From a virus, in the IMG/VR virus record IMGVR_UViG_3300045120_000303, positions 2,416 to 66,415 of that record: a stretch of 64,000 nt of DNA, one strand, 5' to 3'. Under the pieces are notes generated by a model. The model had not been told where the DNA came from and searched no databases. It was given only the letters and a program-made list of their open reading frames with translations. The first letter of the stretch is position 1, and the number at the start of each line of letters is the position of its first letter. Below, piece after piece: positions 34,801 through 44,307 of this stretch. A program made the position numbers and the translations under genes.

Positions 34801-37800
34801 TGCCTTGGTGCCGCGGAGTGCATTCTCAAAATCGACCAGCGATGTCGTGACGCCGCCAAGCTCGTCTTGGTTTTGGAATGCGCGCCCCTGGATAAACCGA
34901 TTGGTAAGGTCGTCGTCAGACCGGAAGCGCAAGTTCGCGAAGTTAGCCTGGAAGGAGCTAAACTTGCTGGGATCTTGGAACCCACCTGGGGTGTTCTGGC
35001 CGACTTGAAAATACGGAGCGTCATACCCACCCGCGAGGCTGGTGACCCTCAGATTACGGATGCCTAGTAAAGCGTTGAGCGAGGCGGCGGCATTGAGGGT
35101 ATCGCTCCGCTCGCCGGATGCATCGACACGTTGGGCTGTTGTGCCACCAACGTCGATGAACCCGTTGTTGATGCGGACCATGGTGGACGAGAACGCGCTT
35201 GGCGCTTTCGGCCCGATGAGCCCGCCACCCGCACCGCCGATGAGCCCGCCCACGAGCCCGCCGATCAGCGTGCCGATGACAGGGACGACGCTGCCGATGA
35301 CGGCGCCCGCGATAGCCCCCGTCGCCGCGCCGATCTGCGGTGCGGGCCCGACCTTGCCGAGTGCGCCCTGGATGTAGCCGCCGGCGAGGGAGCCGACGCC
35401 GTAGCCCGCGCCGACGCCACCGATGAAGGAGCCGATCGTCGCGGTACTCGCCCCCGCCACGCCAGCGGTCGGTCCTGAGATCCCCGCCGAGCCCAAGAAC
35501 GCGGACTCCCCAGCCGACACGCCCGAGCTTGCGAAGGTTGGGAAGAAACCGCCCACCGAAGAGTACAGCGGCGTGTTGAGGAAGCTGGTGATGCTACTCA
35601 GCGCGCCGCCCTGCCCGGTCAGACCAAGCGACTGGCCAATGTTGCCGAAGAGGCTCCCACTGCCAGTGCCGAACGTGTTGGGGAAGAATGCCTTGCCGAT
35701 GGACGACAAGCTGCCGCCGATGCTCATCAGGTTCGACAAGCCGCCGCCGCTGGCGCCACCACCGCCGGTGCCGCCGGTCCCGTAGGTGCCCTGACCGAGG
35801 CCAGATGCGTAGAGCGCCCCCAATGCCCCGAATGCGCCGCCGCCGCCCAGCACGCTTCCAACGCCCGTGTACTGGGTGCCGATGAGGCCGAGCCCACCAC
35901 CGAAACCTGGCACGCCGGCGGCAGCGAGGTCACCAGTGGTCAGATCGCTACGGCCACCGAACCCACCGAAGCCGCCGCCGCCGCCGCCGCCCAGCACTTG
36001 AAGCTGTCCGCCGACCCTGACGAGCTGCGTGGCGGCGCCGCCGCCTCCGCCGCCTCCGCCGCCGCTGAACAGGTTCATCACCGAACCAAAGGTGGGGTTG
36101 TTCCCGCCGAACAGGCTGTTCATTATGGGGTTGATGATCGCGAGCTTGGCGAACTGCTGCACAACCTGGGTCAACACGCCTTGCATGACGTTGCCCCACT
36201 TCACAGCGGAGCCACTGCCTTTGACGAAAGCGTCGGTGATGCTGTTGCCGATCGTGTCGAAGGCCGATGAGAACTGCCCCTGCAGGTAGCTGAGTGTCTG
36301 CTTCTTGTTGTCTAGTTCCTGCGTGAGCGCCGCTTGCGCGTCCTTCTCAGCGAGTATCTGCGCCCGCCTTTCGGGAGCCAGAGACGCATTGTTCTTCTCG
36401 ACCTCGTACTCGTCCTTCTTGTGCTGGATCGTGAGAACGCGGACATTGTTGTTCTCGAGTAGCGTGTCACTCTCAAGCTTCAGCATCTTGATCTGCTGAT
36501 CGATGTCCTTGGTTTCCTGTACCGCCTTTAGCTCTGCGGCCGAGCGGCCGAGTTCTTTGAACTCCGCTGTCAGCGCGGCGAGTTTCGTCGCGTAATCCTT
36601 GTTCGTTGGCAGGATGCTGTCCGAGATCAGCTTTTTCTGCGCCTGGAGTTTCGCGGTGATATCCACCACAGCATCGCCGCCCTGCGCGTAAGCCTTCGCC
36701 AGGTCGTTATTCGCTTCGATTTCAGCGCGAACCGTGTCCGTCTGCTTGACGAGTGCAGAGACATGCGTCGCCGTCGTCTTGTTCAGCTTGTCGATTTCAC
36801 GGTTGGCGGCATCGATGCCCTTCCCGAACTCGATGTACTGATCTGTCGGGAGCGCGGGATTGGCTCTCTGGGCTTGGAAGTCACCGATCTTTCGCTGCAG
36901 TTCAGCGATCTGTGACGGTTTATCATTACCGCGCACTGTCTGCAGTTCCTGCGCGGCCTTGTTGTAAGCTGCCGACGCCTGCTGGCGCGCGAACAGATCG
37001 GCGTTCGCTTGCTGGACTTCCGGCGAGGCGTTGATGTCCTTCTGCGCGAATTGCTTTTGCCGGATCGCGATAACCGCCTCGCGGTTCGCCGCTGTGTTGT
37101 TGATGATCGCCGCCGTCTCGGCGTTGGTCAGCTCGATCTGGTTTTCAATGCTGCGCGAGTCTTCCGCTGCCTTGATCGCCCCGATCGAGCGCGCCAGGTC
37201 GACGTTCGATACCGTGAGCCTGACGACGGTGTCGTTGAACTCGGCTGTGCCCGGGGTCAGATGCTGCGCCAGCGCGTCCGAGTAGGCCTTCGCATAGGCA
37301 GTGGCCTGCACGATCGCGTCGTTGCCTTGGGCATACGAGGCCGCGATGTCATTATTGCCCTTGGCGGTTGCGGCGCTTGCTTCGACCTGCCTGTCGGTGA
37401 CGGACTTCGCTGCGTCCTCCGCCTCGCGCATGGCCTTCTGGGCGAGGGCGAGCGCCGCGGTGAGTGTGGCCAGCTTGCCGGCATGCGCCTCGTCCGCGTC
37501 GCCCATCTCAGCGATGGCGTTCGTCAAGGCCTCGACGTTGTCTTTGGCGGCATCGAGCTTGCCGAATGGCGAGTTCGCGACGGCGATGACTGCCTTGTCC
37601 ATCACCTTGTTGAAGTCGTCGACTGCCTTCGCTGCTTTGTGTGCCTCGTCCTCCAATAGGGATGCGTCGCCTCCCGCGGCGCGGAATCGCGTGGCGATGC
37701 CCTCACCGGGTCCGGAGGTGAAGCTGTCGGGCCCGAAGCTCGGAGCCTGACTCGGTACGCCGCCATACATTTCGAGTGGCGTCATCGGCTGGTTGGTCCC

Positions 37801-39711
37801 GCCACGCGTAGAGCCAAGGCGTTCCGCCTTATTGAGGAGGTCGTTCGCCGCGTCCGCCAGACTGGTGCCCATCCGCGCCAACGGTCCCTGCGGCGCGGTG
37901 TAGTTGTTCGCTGCCTCCTTCGTACTTTTGAAATGGTCTTCCAGTCGCGCCATCGCCGCTTCGAACGGCGTCATGGCATCGGTGGTGGCGCCCTGAACCG
38001 TCTTCAGCACCTCAAGGACTTTGGCATACGCGTCGGCCGCGTGGCCCGTATTCTCCAGGCGCTCGATCGTGTGCGCGAGTTCCTGATCCATCCCGGGGAA
38101 GTGCTTCTTTGCCAGGTCCTGCGCGACCTTGGATGGCTCGTCCATCGCCGCCGCCAGGGTCTTCGCGGCCTCGGGCACAGTGACGCCCCACACTACCGCC
38201 AGGTCGCCTGACAGCTTGATCAGCGCCTCGATGTCCTTCTGCGAGCCTTCGAAGCTCGGTGCCGAGGCGATGATCTGTCCTGCAGAACGCGCATCCGCCC
38301 GGGAGATCGGGCTGGAGGAGGCGACGTTTTTCGCCGCCTGGTTCACGTCGGTTGCCAACGCAGAGTAGTCGGTTCTGGTGGCGCGCAGTTGTTGCTGCAT
38401 GTTGAGCAGCGCTTTTTGGCTATTCTCGGTCGCATACACCATGGCCGCGAGGCCGGCGGTGAGAAGGGCGATGCTGGTGATCGCGACCCCGACGGGACTG
38501 GCGATCGCGCCGAACGCCGCCTTCGCGGCATTCTTGAACACCTCGAACCCGGTGCCCGTCGCCAGCGCAACGTCGACGATCTGATGACCCTGCTCGACGA
38601 GAGCCGTCATCAGCGGAATGCCGCTTTCGAGCGAGGAGAAGAATTGGACGGTCTGCACGCCCAACTGCCGCGTGGCGAACGCAGCCTGCCCGTGCCCAGT
38701 GGCTAAGGCCTGCGAGGAGCGCCCAGCGTTCGCCATGGACGCGTTCAGCTTGTCGAGGAGGACGTTGTACTGCGCGTCGTTGATGCGGCGCGCAGCGAGG
38801 TCCGCGTCCATCTTTTTAAGCTGGCCTTCGTATTCCTTCGACACCCGGAAGACGGCATCATATGAGGCCCGGTTCGCCTCGTTCTGGGAATTCATCTTGG
38901 CTATCGAGTCACCCAGGATCTTCCACGCATCGGCTTGCTTTTGCGCCGCCGCGGCTGCGGCCTCTTGCGCGGCCGTGAGGGCCTTGGTGGTGCCTGTGGT
39001 GGTGGCATATTTGGCGTTCAGTTCATCGAGCGCTCGGGCCTGTGCCACTGGCCCCTTGATAGCCCCGAGTTCGAATGCCCTGGTGAGCAGGGCAAGTTCT
39101 GACTCGTAGGCCTTCGTGGTCGCGAACACGCTGTCGAACCTGGCGCGCAGCGAGTCGAGCGATTGCCCGTAGAGCGTCGCTTCCGCCGAGCCCTTGACGA
39201 AGGCATCCGCGGTGAGCTTCGCGGAGCTTGCCATCATGGTGAGCAGCTCGTCGCCGCTCTCCAGACCGGCCTTCCACAACTGCGCCGCCTGCGCGGAGCC
39301 TTCCTGCGCCTCCCGCATCGCCTGCAGGCTGATCTTCAGCCTGTCGACATTGGCGGCAAGCTTCTCAAGTACCCTCGCGACCTGCTCTTGATTGGCACCG
39401 TTGCCGATCGCCTTCGCCGCCAGGGCGTTGACGCGGACAAGCTCCTCCTGCGCGGCAGTCAGCTTGTAGGTCGCCGCCGTGACCTCGTCCTGGCGACGCG
39501 CCACACGCTCCCACGCGGCGCCGGCGGAGGTGGCATTGGTAGCGGCACCCCCGGCGCCGACACCGGCTCCCTTGAGCGCCTCCGCCGCGGCCGCGGCAGA
39601 TTTGGTGGTGCGATCGAGCCGCTCCCTCAGATCCTCAAGCTTGGGCCCCGCCTTATCGTCAAGATCGGTTTCGAGGATGATCTTGTCGCGGACATCGTTG
39701 GTGCCTGCCAT
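31828..39711 (-). CDS. Tape measure protein (2627 aa)
   Basis: Ala/Gln-rich helical; lambda-type QL..Q..Q...SL..G.P....L..QG.Q motif; follows chaperones. Confidence 0.93.
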   Translation of the reverse strand: MAGTNDVRDKIILETDLDDKAGPKLEDLRERLDRTTKSAAAAAEALKGAGVGAGGAATNATSAGAAWERVARRQDEVTAATYKLTAAQEELVRVNALAAKAIGNGANQEQVARVLEKLAANVDRLKISLQAMREAQEGSAQAAQLWKAGLESGDELLTMMASSAKLTADAFVKGSAEATLYGQSLDSLRARFDSVFATTKAYESELALLTRAFELGAIKGPVAQARALDELNAKYATTTGTTKALTAAQEAAAAAAQKQADAWKILGDSIAKMNSQNEANRASYDAVFRVSKEYEGQLKKMDADLAARRINDAQYNVLLDKLNASMANAGRSSQALATGHGQAAFATRQLGVQTVQFFSSLESGIPLMTALVEQGHQIVDVALATGTGFEVFKNAAKAAFGAIASPVGVAITSIALLTAGLAAMVYATENSQKALLNMQQQLRATRTDYSALATDVNQAAKNVASSSPISRADARSAGQIIASAPSFEGSQKDIEALIKLSGDLAVVWGVTVPEAAKTLAAAMDEPSKVAQDLAKKHFPGMDQELAHTIERLENTGHAADAYAKVLEVLKTVQGATTDAMTPFEAAMARLEDHFKSTKEAANNYTAPQGPLARMGTSLADAANDLLNKAERLGSTRGGTNQPMTPLEMYGGVPSQAPSFGPDSFTSGPGEGIATRFRAAGGDASLLEDEAHKAAKAVDDFNKVMDKAVIAVANSPFGKLDAAKDNVEALTNAIAEMGDADEAHAGKLATLTAALALAQKAMREAEDAAKSVTDRQVEASAATAKGNNDIAASYAQGNDAIVQATAYAKAYSDALAQHLTPGTAEFNDTVVRLTVSNVDLARSIGAIKAAEDSRSIENQIELTNAETAAIINNTAANREAVIAIRQKQFAQKDINASPEVQQANADLFARQQASAAYNKAAQELQTVRGNDKPSQIAELQRKIGDFQAQRANPALPTDQYIEFGKGIDAANREIDKLNKTTATHVSALVKQTDTVRAEIEANNDLAKAYAQGGDAVVDITAKLQAQKKLISDSILPTNKDYATKLAALTAEFKELGRSAAELKAVQETKDIDQQIKMLKLESDTLLENNNVRVLTIQHKKDEYEVEKNNASLAPERRAQILAEKDAQAALTQELDNKKQTLSYLQGQFSSAFDTIGNSITDAFVKGSGSAVKWGNVMQGVLTQVVQQFAKLAIINPIMNSLFGGNNPTFGSVMNLFSGGGGGGGGGAATQLVRVGGQLQVLGGGGGGGFGGFGGRSDLTTGDLAAAGVPGFGGGLGLIGTQYTGVGSVLGGGGAFGALGALYASGLGQGTYGTGGTGGGGASGGGLSNLMSIGGSLSSIGKAFFPNTFGTGSGSLFGNIGQSLGLTGQGGALSSITSFLNTPLYSSVGGFFPTFASSGVSAGESAFLGSAGISGPTAGVAGASTATIGSFIGGVGAGYGVGSLAGGYIQGALGKVGPAPQIGAATGAIAGAVIGSVVPVIGTLIGGLVGGLIGGAGGGLIGPKAPSAFSSTMVRINNGFIDVGGTTAQRVDASGERSDTLNAAASLNALLGIRNLRVTSLAGGYDAPYFQVGQNTPGGFQDPSKFSSFQANFANLRFRSDDDLTNRFIQGRAFQNQDELGGVTTSLVDFENALRGTKAETDTTGIALRALSGAANTEVHDRLQEASTFITATYPTLVKGNVGSLQTAQEQVVAQYGPALAEARKFGFGEGDLQAAADRLMAKNTKQATDATDQMAENVMSRFYNARAAVTGTAQDAVQAQLYSFDVQAKQQRQQISDNLKSIWGDAYETTQGYADRMAQVDQASAEERLAILVQYNKKQYDLMIASNLQLLSLQSRAGTSAAALSGDRGWIQYEQINALNRSQFTETTQYNQAEQQQFGDQYAQGADANYWSKLSLLQQSQSNEMNLLAKQIQRSNLEVAISSQQQDWGFSTRQWNAENALYWPTDSGAAMAAKNVQNATEQQNLYLSLTQIYGDAYASTVDYANKMAALQKAQNEETLVLQQQLAQRQTQIANANMQMWRGLSVRQVNADAAGTGNPFSAQWAASYALQNQQASEMDDFKLGLRQTYGDAYQNTQEYWVKVAALVDTQTKETAALAKDQARQSEQLSINYWSQAYGFFNRAEAASGLSGGGSIAYTQQAQRNALARQQQTEARQLGPSLVALGYNPGDYWYKYQIDLQKQAQAAESAALERQITLANRQTAISSTAQDAGFSTRYLTAYGTVTGTLADTHKAQLSGLDAQAQTEMDTLKLTLQQTYGDAYTTSKEYGDKVNALAKAQGEERLALEKQQADQIRQAQEQIANQNIALYGRYVKDLGDLAGTLAERQSSQRLALTYTQRGEAANLSQSLVAAGHPATSAEYQQLMNLLVLAQKAEVDLLNKQIARTNLENSYASQQQNASFATRYQTAAAQVSGSAKAQQAAALAAFDAQALAERRSLYLSLTATYGDSYALTKEYADKLSALQKAQGEERLALQKQQDDQLKSQATQSISSLNQYALGLQTSDKSPLSPQAQLSLTKRQFDTQADLAAKGNYGAVQTLQSYSEAYLSAAHNVYGSGMDYVQAFGRVITALASVAAQTPDALTASILQNETRNQTQILVEQLTALKEEVKQLRLQVAQGQSAPARVAAT

Positions 39712-39712
39712 C

Positions 39713-40381
39713 TCAGCGCTCGGTCACTTTGAGGGCTGGATAGGTGATCGTGTCCCCTTTGTGCCGGCCGCGCCGCAGCGTGTACGGAACCTCCCACCCG
39801 CGGGCCATGCCGCCGCCGGGGAGGACAATGAACTGCCGCTCGATGAGGGCGCCGGGGAATTGCCTCTGCGCCCATTGGCGCGTTCGCTCCGTCACGACCA
39901 TTTCTGGACGCGCGTACGAAGCTAGCCTGCCACTACGCCCAAACCGCCGCAGCTCTTCCAAGCGGCGCGCGTATGGTGCGTAGTTTGTCAGGATGACGAC
40001 CGAATTGTGAGGGATTTTCCGCGAGTAGTCGGTCCACGGCACACCGTCGACGAGCAAGACCCACGCATCCATGTAATCGCCGCTCTTGCGCGCCGAAATG
40101 GTCTTTGCGTAGTCCAGCATGGCGATGGCAACGCCATCGAGCAGCTCAAATTGGATCTCAATCACGCTGCCTCGGAACGTAACCGAGGTCAGCTCCTTGG
40201 TTTCCTTGTTGTCGACAAACATCTGATAGATCGGGATTTGCCCGCCTTGAGCCATCGCCTCAAGGCGGTCTCTCAGGTGAATCGCCACTCGCTTGCCCGC
40301 GTTCGGGGTCTGGATCTCTCGATCCAGCAACCGACGCGATTCTTTCATCAGTCGGGCGCCGGCGCCGGCGAACGATGGCAT
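39713..40381 (-). CDS. Putative tail completion/neck protein
   Basis: S..KSGDY...W...V...N.APYAR.LE motif. Confidence 0.6.
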   Translation of the reverse strand: MPSFAGAGARLMKESRRLLDREIQTPNAGKRVAIHLRDRLEAMAQGGQIPIYQMFVDNKETKELTSVTFRGSVIEIQFELLDGVAIAMLDYAKTISARKSGDYMDAWVLLVDGVPWTDYSRKIPHNSVVILTNYAPYARRLEELRRFGRSGRLASYARPEMVVTERTRQWAQRQFPGALIERQFIVLPGGGMARGWEVPYTLRRGRHKGDTITYPALKVTER

Positions 40382-40779
40382 CAGCGCGGCCTCCCTGATG
40401 TTGGTGGATCCGGCGGGTGCTTGGTGATCCACCAGTCGCGATACTCAGCGTCCATCGCCTGCACCAGGCGATCGAGCATTTCGAATTCGTGGGCTGTCAG
40501 CCCATGGAACACGGCCCAATCGCGCACGACAGTCCAGGGGATGTCTCCTGGCACCGATGGTCCCATCCCGCCGCCGAGCTGCGGACGATCGGGATGGAGC
40601 CTGTGCCAAGCCCGCCAGACCCACATGAGATAAGGTTCGATGAATGGGGCCGGCGGCATGTCGGACTCAGAGACGTTCGACGGCTGTCCCGCGTTGATCA
40701 GATCCTGGCGGAGCTGCAGCATGCGGGCGCGCAGTGTGCCGTAGTCTAATTCGAGCCTGAGTCCTGTTCGGAGTTTTTT
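40381..40779 (-). CDS. Tail assembly chaperone GT-like C-terminal part (via -1 frameshift)
   Basis: W.AW..L..DRP...G.IPW......A...MDAEY; entered at slippery site. Confidence 0.8.
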   Translation of the reverse strand, partial: KKLRTGLRLELDYGTLRARMLQLRQDLINAGQPSNVSESDMPPAPFIEPYLMWVWRAWHRLHPDRPQLGGGMGPSVPGDIPWTVVRDWAVFHGLTAHEFEMLDRLVQAMDAEYRDWWITKHPPDPPTSGRPR

Positions 40780-41183
40780 GCCGCTGCCTCGACCTGCGCT
40801 ATCGAGCGTGCGGACACGCGGCCCGCAGCCTCCCAGCACAAGCGAGACAACCTTCCGTATTCGGGCTGGAAGAGGAACTTGTGGAATTCCTCCACCGTCA
40901 CCTCCGCGCCGGTGTCATCGTGATGCAGGTTGCGAACACCGATGATCAGGAAGTCTTGCATCAGCGATGCATTGATCCGCCGCGTCTCGGCGTTCGGTAT
41001 CCGCTTCTCATCCCCCGCATAAGGCTCGGCCGCGGCGGCTGTGCGTGCAGCACGCGCGTCGTGGAAGCCGTCTGTGAAGCCACGCACTTGGATCTCGAGA
41101 TCTCCGAATGCTTCGTTCACGCGCACCCATATGCCGTCGTTGATCGCTCGGGTGTCCGAGCGAAACTCGTTCAGATTTGCCAT
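40746..41183 (-). CDS. Tail assembly chaperone G-like
   Basis: Between tail tube and tape measure; DGIWV motif; ends AKN.. at slippery site. Confidence 0.85.
   Translation of the reverse strand: MANLNEFRSDTRAINDGIWVRVNEAFGDLEIQVRGFTDGFHDARAARTAAAAEPYAGDEKRIPNAETRRINASLMQDFLIIGVRNLHHDDTGAEVTVEEFHKFLFQPEYGRLSRLCWEAAGRVSARSIAQVEAAAKNSEQDSGSN
40773..40779 (-). other. Programmed -1 frameshift heptamer A AAA AAC
   Basis: GCA AAA AAC near end of chaperone G; -1 frame continues KKLRTGLRLELDYG. Confidence 0.85.
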
Positions 41184-41329
41184 GATGCTTCCTGTCCGGT
41201 GGAAGTGGGGTGGCGCGTGGCCGAAACCCGGACGGCAACAACCACGCGCCGACGCGCGGGGTGGGTTCCTACGAACCCCCGCTCGCCATCAGCGCCCGCG
41301 GGGACGCCGATCTCGCGATTTGGTTGCCG

Positions 41330-42547
41330 TCAGTTGGGTGTCGGGTTCCGATCGATCTGGAACGTGCCCGAGAGCGTCGGATCCGGGTTCACTTCAAATG
41401 TCACGTCGACGAATACCGCTGTGCCTGGACCGGTCGCATTGATCTTGCAGAACAGCACGACCTGCTGGAACGACAGCACGTAGCTATTCTTCGCTCCGTC
41501 CTGCAGGTAGATCTGCATGTCGGCGTTCGTCTCGTTCTCAAAGTATTGGTAGAGCGTGAAATCCTTGCAGTACATGCGAAATGCGCCAGACGCGGTGAAC
41601 GTGCCACCGAGTATGCCATCGGCGCCGGCCGTGCCGCCCAGGCTGAACTCTGGTGCAGCCCCGGTATTTTCCAACGTCATTGAGAGCTGATCGAGCAATC
41701 CGGTGACGGTGCCGTTGTTGTAAGCAAGCTTGATGAAGCCGGCGACCGGGTTGAACACCGTGCCTTGTGGTGCAGGAACCGTGGGGCCGAAGGTCGAGGC
41801 CTCCGCGGTCGCGGAGATTTCCGACTGCGCGATCAAATCGATCGTCCCGGTGAAAAAGTTGCCGACGCTGGTGCCGAGCGTGATGCGCGACACGTACGAG
41901 CCGCCGTAGCGCAGATACTTCGTCGAGGAGAACTTCTGCTGCACGAAGAGGCTTTTGAAGGTCGTGCCATTGTTCAGCGTCGAGCCGGTTATCTTGATGT
42001 TGGTGCCAGCCGACGTCTCCGTCGTGGCCCCGACCGCTTTGCCGAAGACCGAGATATGCGTAGGGTCGGCCTTCGCGGTGACACGCCAGAAGTCGTTGTA
42101 GAGGGTTTGGGTGAAACCGGAGATGCGGATGTATTGCCCGACGTTGATGCTCGCGAACTTGTTCGCCAGCGTGGACGACAACGTCAGCGTCGTGGTGCCG
42201 GTCGAGGTCATCGTGATATCGGCGCCGATGCTGGCAATCGCGTAGGGCGGGGTCCAGTCGTTCTGCATCAATGACGAGAAGAAGTCGTCAAAACTGCCAT
42301 ACGACAGAGCGTAGTTGATCGACCCGCCAGCCACCTGTTCGGTGGTGACAGCGTTGGAGACTTCCCTCGTGACGTTGATCTCCGCCGGCCGCTGTCGTGT
42401 CTTGGTGAGGCCGAGCGTGTCCGACATATATCGGATTGCCGAGAAGGCGACCGTGGTGGGCCGCGCACCCCATGTGAGTTCGGGGGCATATGAGAGCTGT
42501 GTCTGATTGGCCTCAATGCCCGCTTGATAACCTGCGGTCAGCGGCAT
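41330..42547 (-). CDS. Major tail tube protein, copy 2
   Basis: E.TWG..P.....IRY.SD.L......EI...RE...GG.INY.LSY..FDD. Confidence 0.85.
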   Translation of the reverse strand: MPLTAGYQAGIEANQTQLSYAPELTWGARPTTVAFSAIRYMSDTLGLTKTRQRPAEINVTREVSNAVTTEQVAGGSINYALSYGSFDDFFSSLMQNDWTPPYAIASIGADITMTSTGTTTLTLSSTLANKFASINVGQYIRISGFTQTLYNDFWRVTAKADPTHISVFGKAVGATTETSAGTNIKITGSTLNNGTTFKSLFVQQKFSSTKYLRYGGSYVSRITLGTSVGNFFTGTIDLIAQSEISATAEASTFGPTVPAPQGTVFNPVAGFIKLAYNNGTVTGLLDQLSMTLENTGAAPEFSLGGTAGADGILGGTFTASGAFRMYCKDFTLYQYFENETNADMQIYLQDGAKNSYVLSFQQVVLFCKINATGPGTAVFVDVTFEVNPDPTLSGTFQIDRNPTPN

Positions 42548-42572
42548 GGCTGAATCTCCCTCGCGCTGCGGA

Positions 42573-43781
42573 TTAGGTGTTGGGCAGACGGTCGACGATG
42601 ACCGTGCCGCCAATCGCCTGCGGGTTTGCTTCGAAAACGATCTCGGCAAACACCGGTTGACCTGGCCCGCCAGCGTTGAGCTTCACCATCATGTAGGCGT
42701 TGGGGAACGTGAACGCGTAGCTGTTGCCGATGTTACTCTGGACGATGAAGGTGAGGACGCCGCTCGTCTCGTTCGTGAACAGGTTATAGTTTGTGAAGTC
42801 GTTGAAGTACATTCTGAACGTGCCGTTCGCGCTGAACGTGCCGCTCAATATGCCGCAGGCGAGCTGACTGCCGAGGCCATACTCGGGTGCCGCCGCCTGG
42901 TTCTCCATTGTGATCGCAAGCTGGTCGAGCGTGCCGACCATCGGGATGCCGTTCCAGAAGCATCCGACGAAGCCCGACACCGGATCCATGACGGGGGTTG
43001 TCGGCGCAGGGGTGACAGGACCGAACGTCGACGAGTCGGTCGTCGAGTTGTCTTCGTCTTTGGCGATGATGTCGATCGCGCCGGTCCAGAAGTTGCCCAC
43101 CGAACCAGAGAGCGTCATGCGCGTGACGTAGGTGCCTGGGTATACAAGGAACAGCGCCGGCGACAGCATCTGCTGCATGAACATCGATTTGAACGTGACA
43201 CCGTTCGTCGCCGTCGAGCCGCGGATCCGCATGCCGACTGGCGGGGCGGCTTCTGTGACTGCTGTGGGGCGGTTGGGGCCTTCAAGTATCAGAGACTGGT
43301 CGCTGGTGTGGGTCTTCACCCACCACCAGCCATTATTGACGGTGTTGGTGAAGCCGTAGAGCTTGATCCAACGCCCCTGCGCGATGCTCGCGAACTTCGT
43401 CGCGAGAGTGGACCCCAGCGTCACAACTGCGCCGGCGACGGTCAACGAGATGTCGGACAGCGAGTTGGTGATGTTCAAGAACGCTGAGAAGTCCTGCTGC
43501 AGCACGATCGAGAAGAAGTCGTCGAATGTGCTGTAGGAGAGCGCGTAGTTGATCGTGCCGCCCGCGGTCTGCTGCGTCGTGACCGCTTGCGATGCCTCGC
43601 GAGTGAGGTTGATTTCCGATGGACGCTGCCGGGTTTTCGTTTCAGCGAGGGTGTCCGACATATACCTAATCGCCTTGAAGGCGACGGTGGTCGGAGCGAC
43701 GCTCCACGTCGTCTCCATGGCGTACGAGATGCGTGTCTGATTGGCCTCGATGCCAGCTTGATATGCGGCAGTCGCGGGCAT
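42573..43781 (-). CDS. Major tail tube protein, copy 1
   Basis: Full-length paralogue of 41330-42547. Confidence 0.85.
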   Translation of the reverse strand: MPATAAYQAGIEANQTRISYAMETTWSVAPTTVAFKAIRYMSDTLAETKTRQRPSEINLTREASQAVTTQQTAGGTINYALSYSTFDDFFSIVLQQDFSAFLNITNSLSDISLTVAGAVVTLGSTLATKFASIAQGRWIKLYGFTNTVNNGWWWVKTHTSDQSLILEGPNRPTAVTEAAPPVGMRIRGSTATNGVTFKSMFMQQMLSPALFLVYPGTYVTRMTLSGSVGNFWTGAIDIIAKDEDNSTTDSSTFGPVTPAPTTPVMDPVSGFVGCFWNGIPMVGTLDQLAITMENQAAAPEYGLGSQLACGILSGTFSANGTFRMYFNDFTNYNLFTNETSGVLTFIVQSNIGNSYAFTFPNAYMMVKLNAGGPGQPVFAEIVFEANPQAIGGTVIVDRLPNT

Positions 43782-43827
43782 GGCTCTCTCCTGTGTTTAG
43801 TGGTGATGCGCGCGACGCGCCGGTCGC

Positions 43828-44292
43828 TTAGGTGACGACGACGGAATTAGACGCTGGTGCAGCAGTCGACCCTGTCGCGTTGGTCGCTGTTACGGTGCAG
43901 GACGCTTCGTGCCCGACGTCGCCAGGTTGGACGGAATAGGTGGCCGCGTTGGTGCCTTTGGTGACCCCATCGACCTGCCACTGGTACGAGTACGACGTCG
44001 GCGTGTTGGTCCAGTTGCCCATCGTGCAGGTCAGCACCGCGCCATTTTGCGAGACGACCGGGATATCGACGTTGGACGGTAGATTCGGGTCCGCGACTCC
44101 AACGCCACCAGGCGGCAGGACGTGTCGGCCAAGCACTGAGTTGTAGACCATGAAGCCGTAGCGATTGCCGTCCTCTGCTAGCTCGATGCAGCGCAGCTTT
44201 GCGTCCGTTTCATTGGTTGCGATGATCTCGCCGGTTTCGGTGTAGCTGCCGCTGCCGGACGACACTTCTTTCAGGATATGGAACTCTTCCAT
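43828..44292 (-). CDS. Ig-like domain virion protein
   Basis: P.V....G.VLTC..G.W...PTSYSYQW..DG......TY.V...D.G....C.VTATN..G.....S. Confidence 0.8.
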   Translation of the reverse strand: MEEFHILKEVSSGSGSYTETGEIIATNETDAKLRCIELAEDGNRYGFMVYNSVLGRHVLPPGGVGVADPNLPSNVDIPVVSQNGAVLTCTMGNWTNTPTSYSYQWQVDGVTKGTNAATYSVQPGDVGHEASCTVTATNATGSTAAPASNSVVVT

Positions 44293-44307
44293 GTCTATTG
44301 TTCCTTG

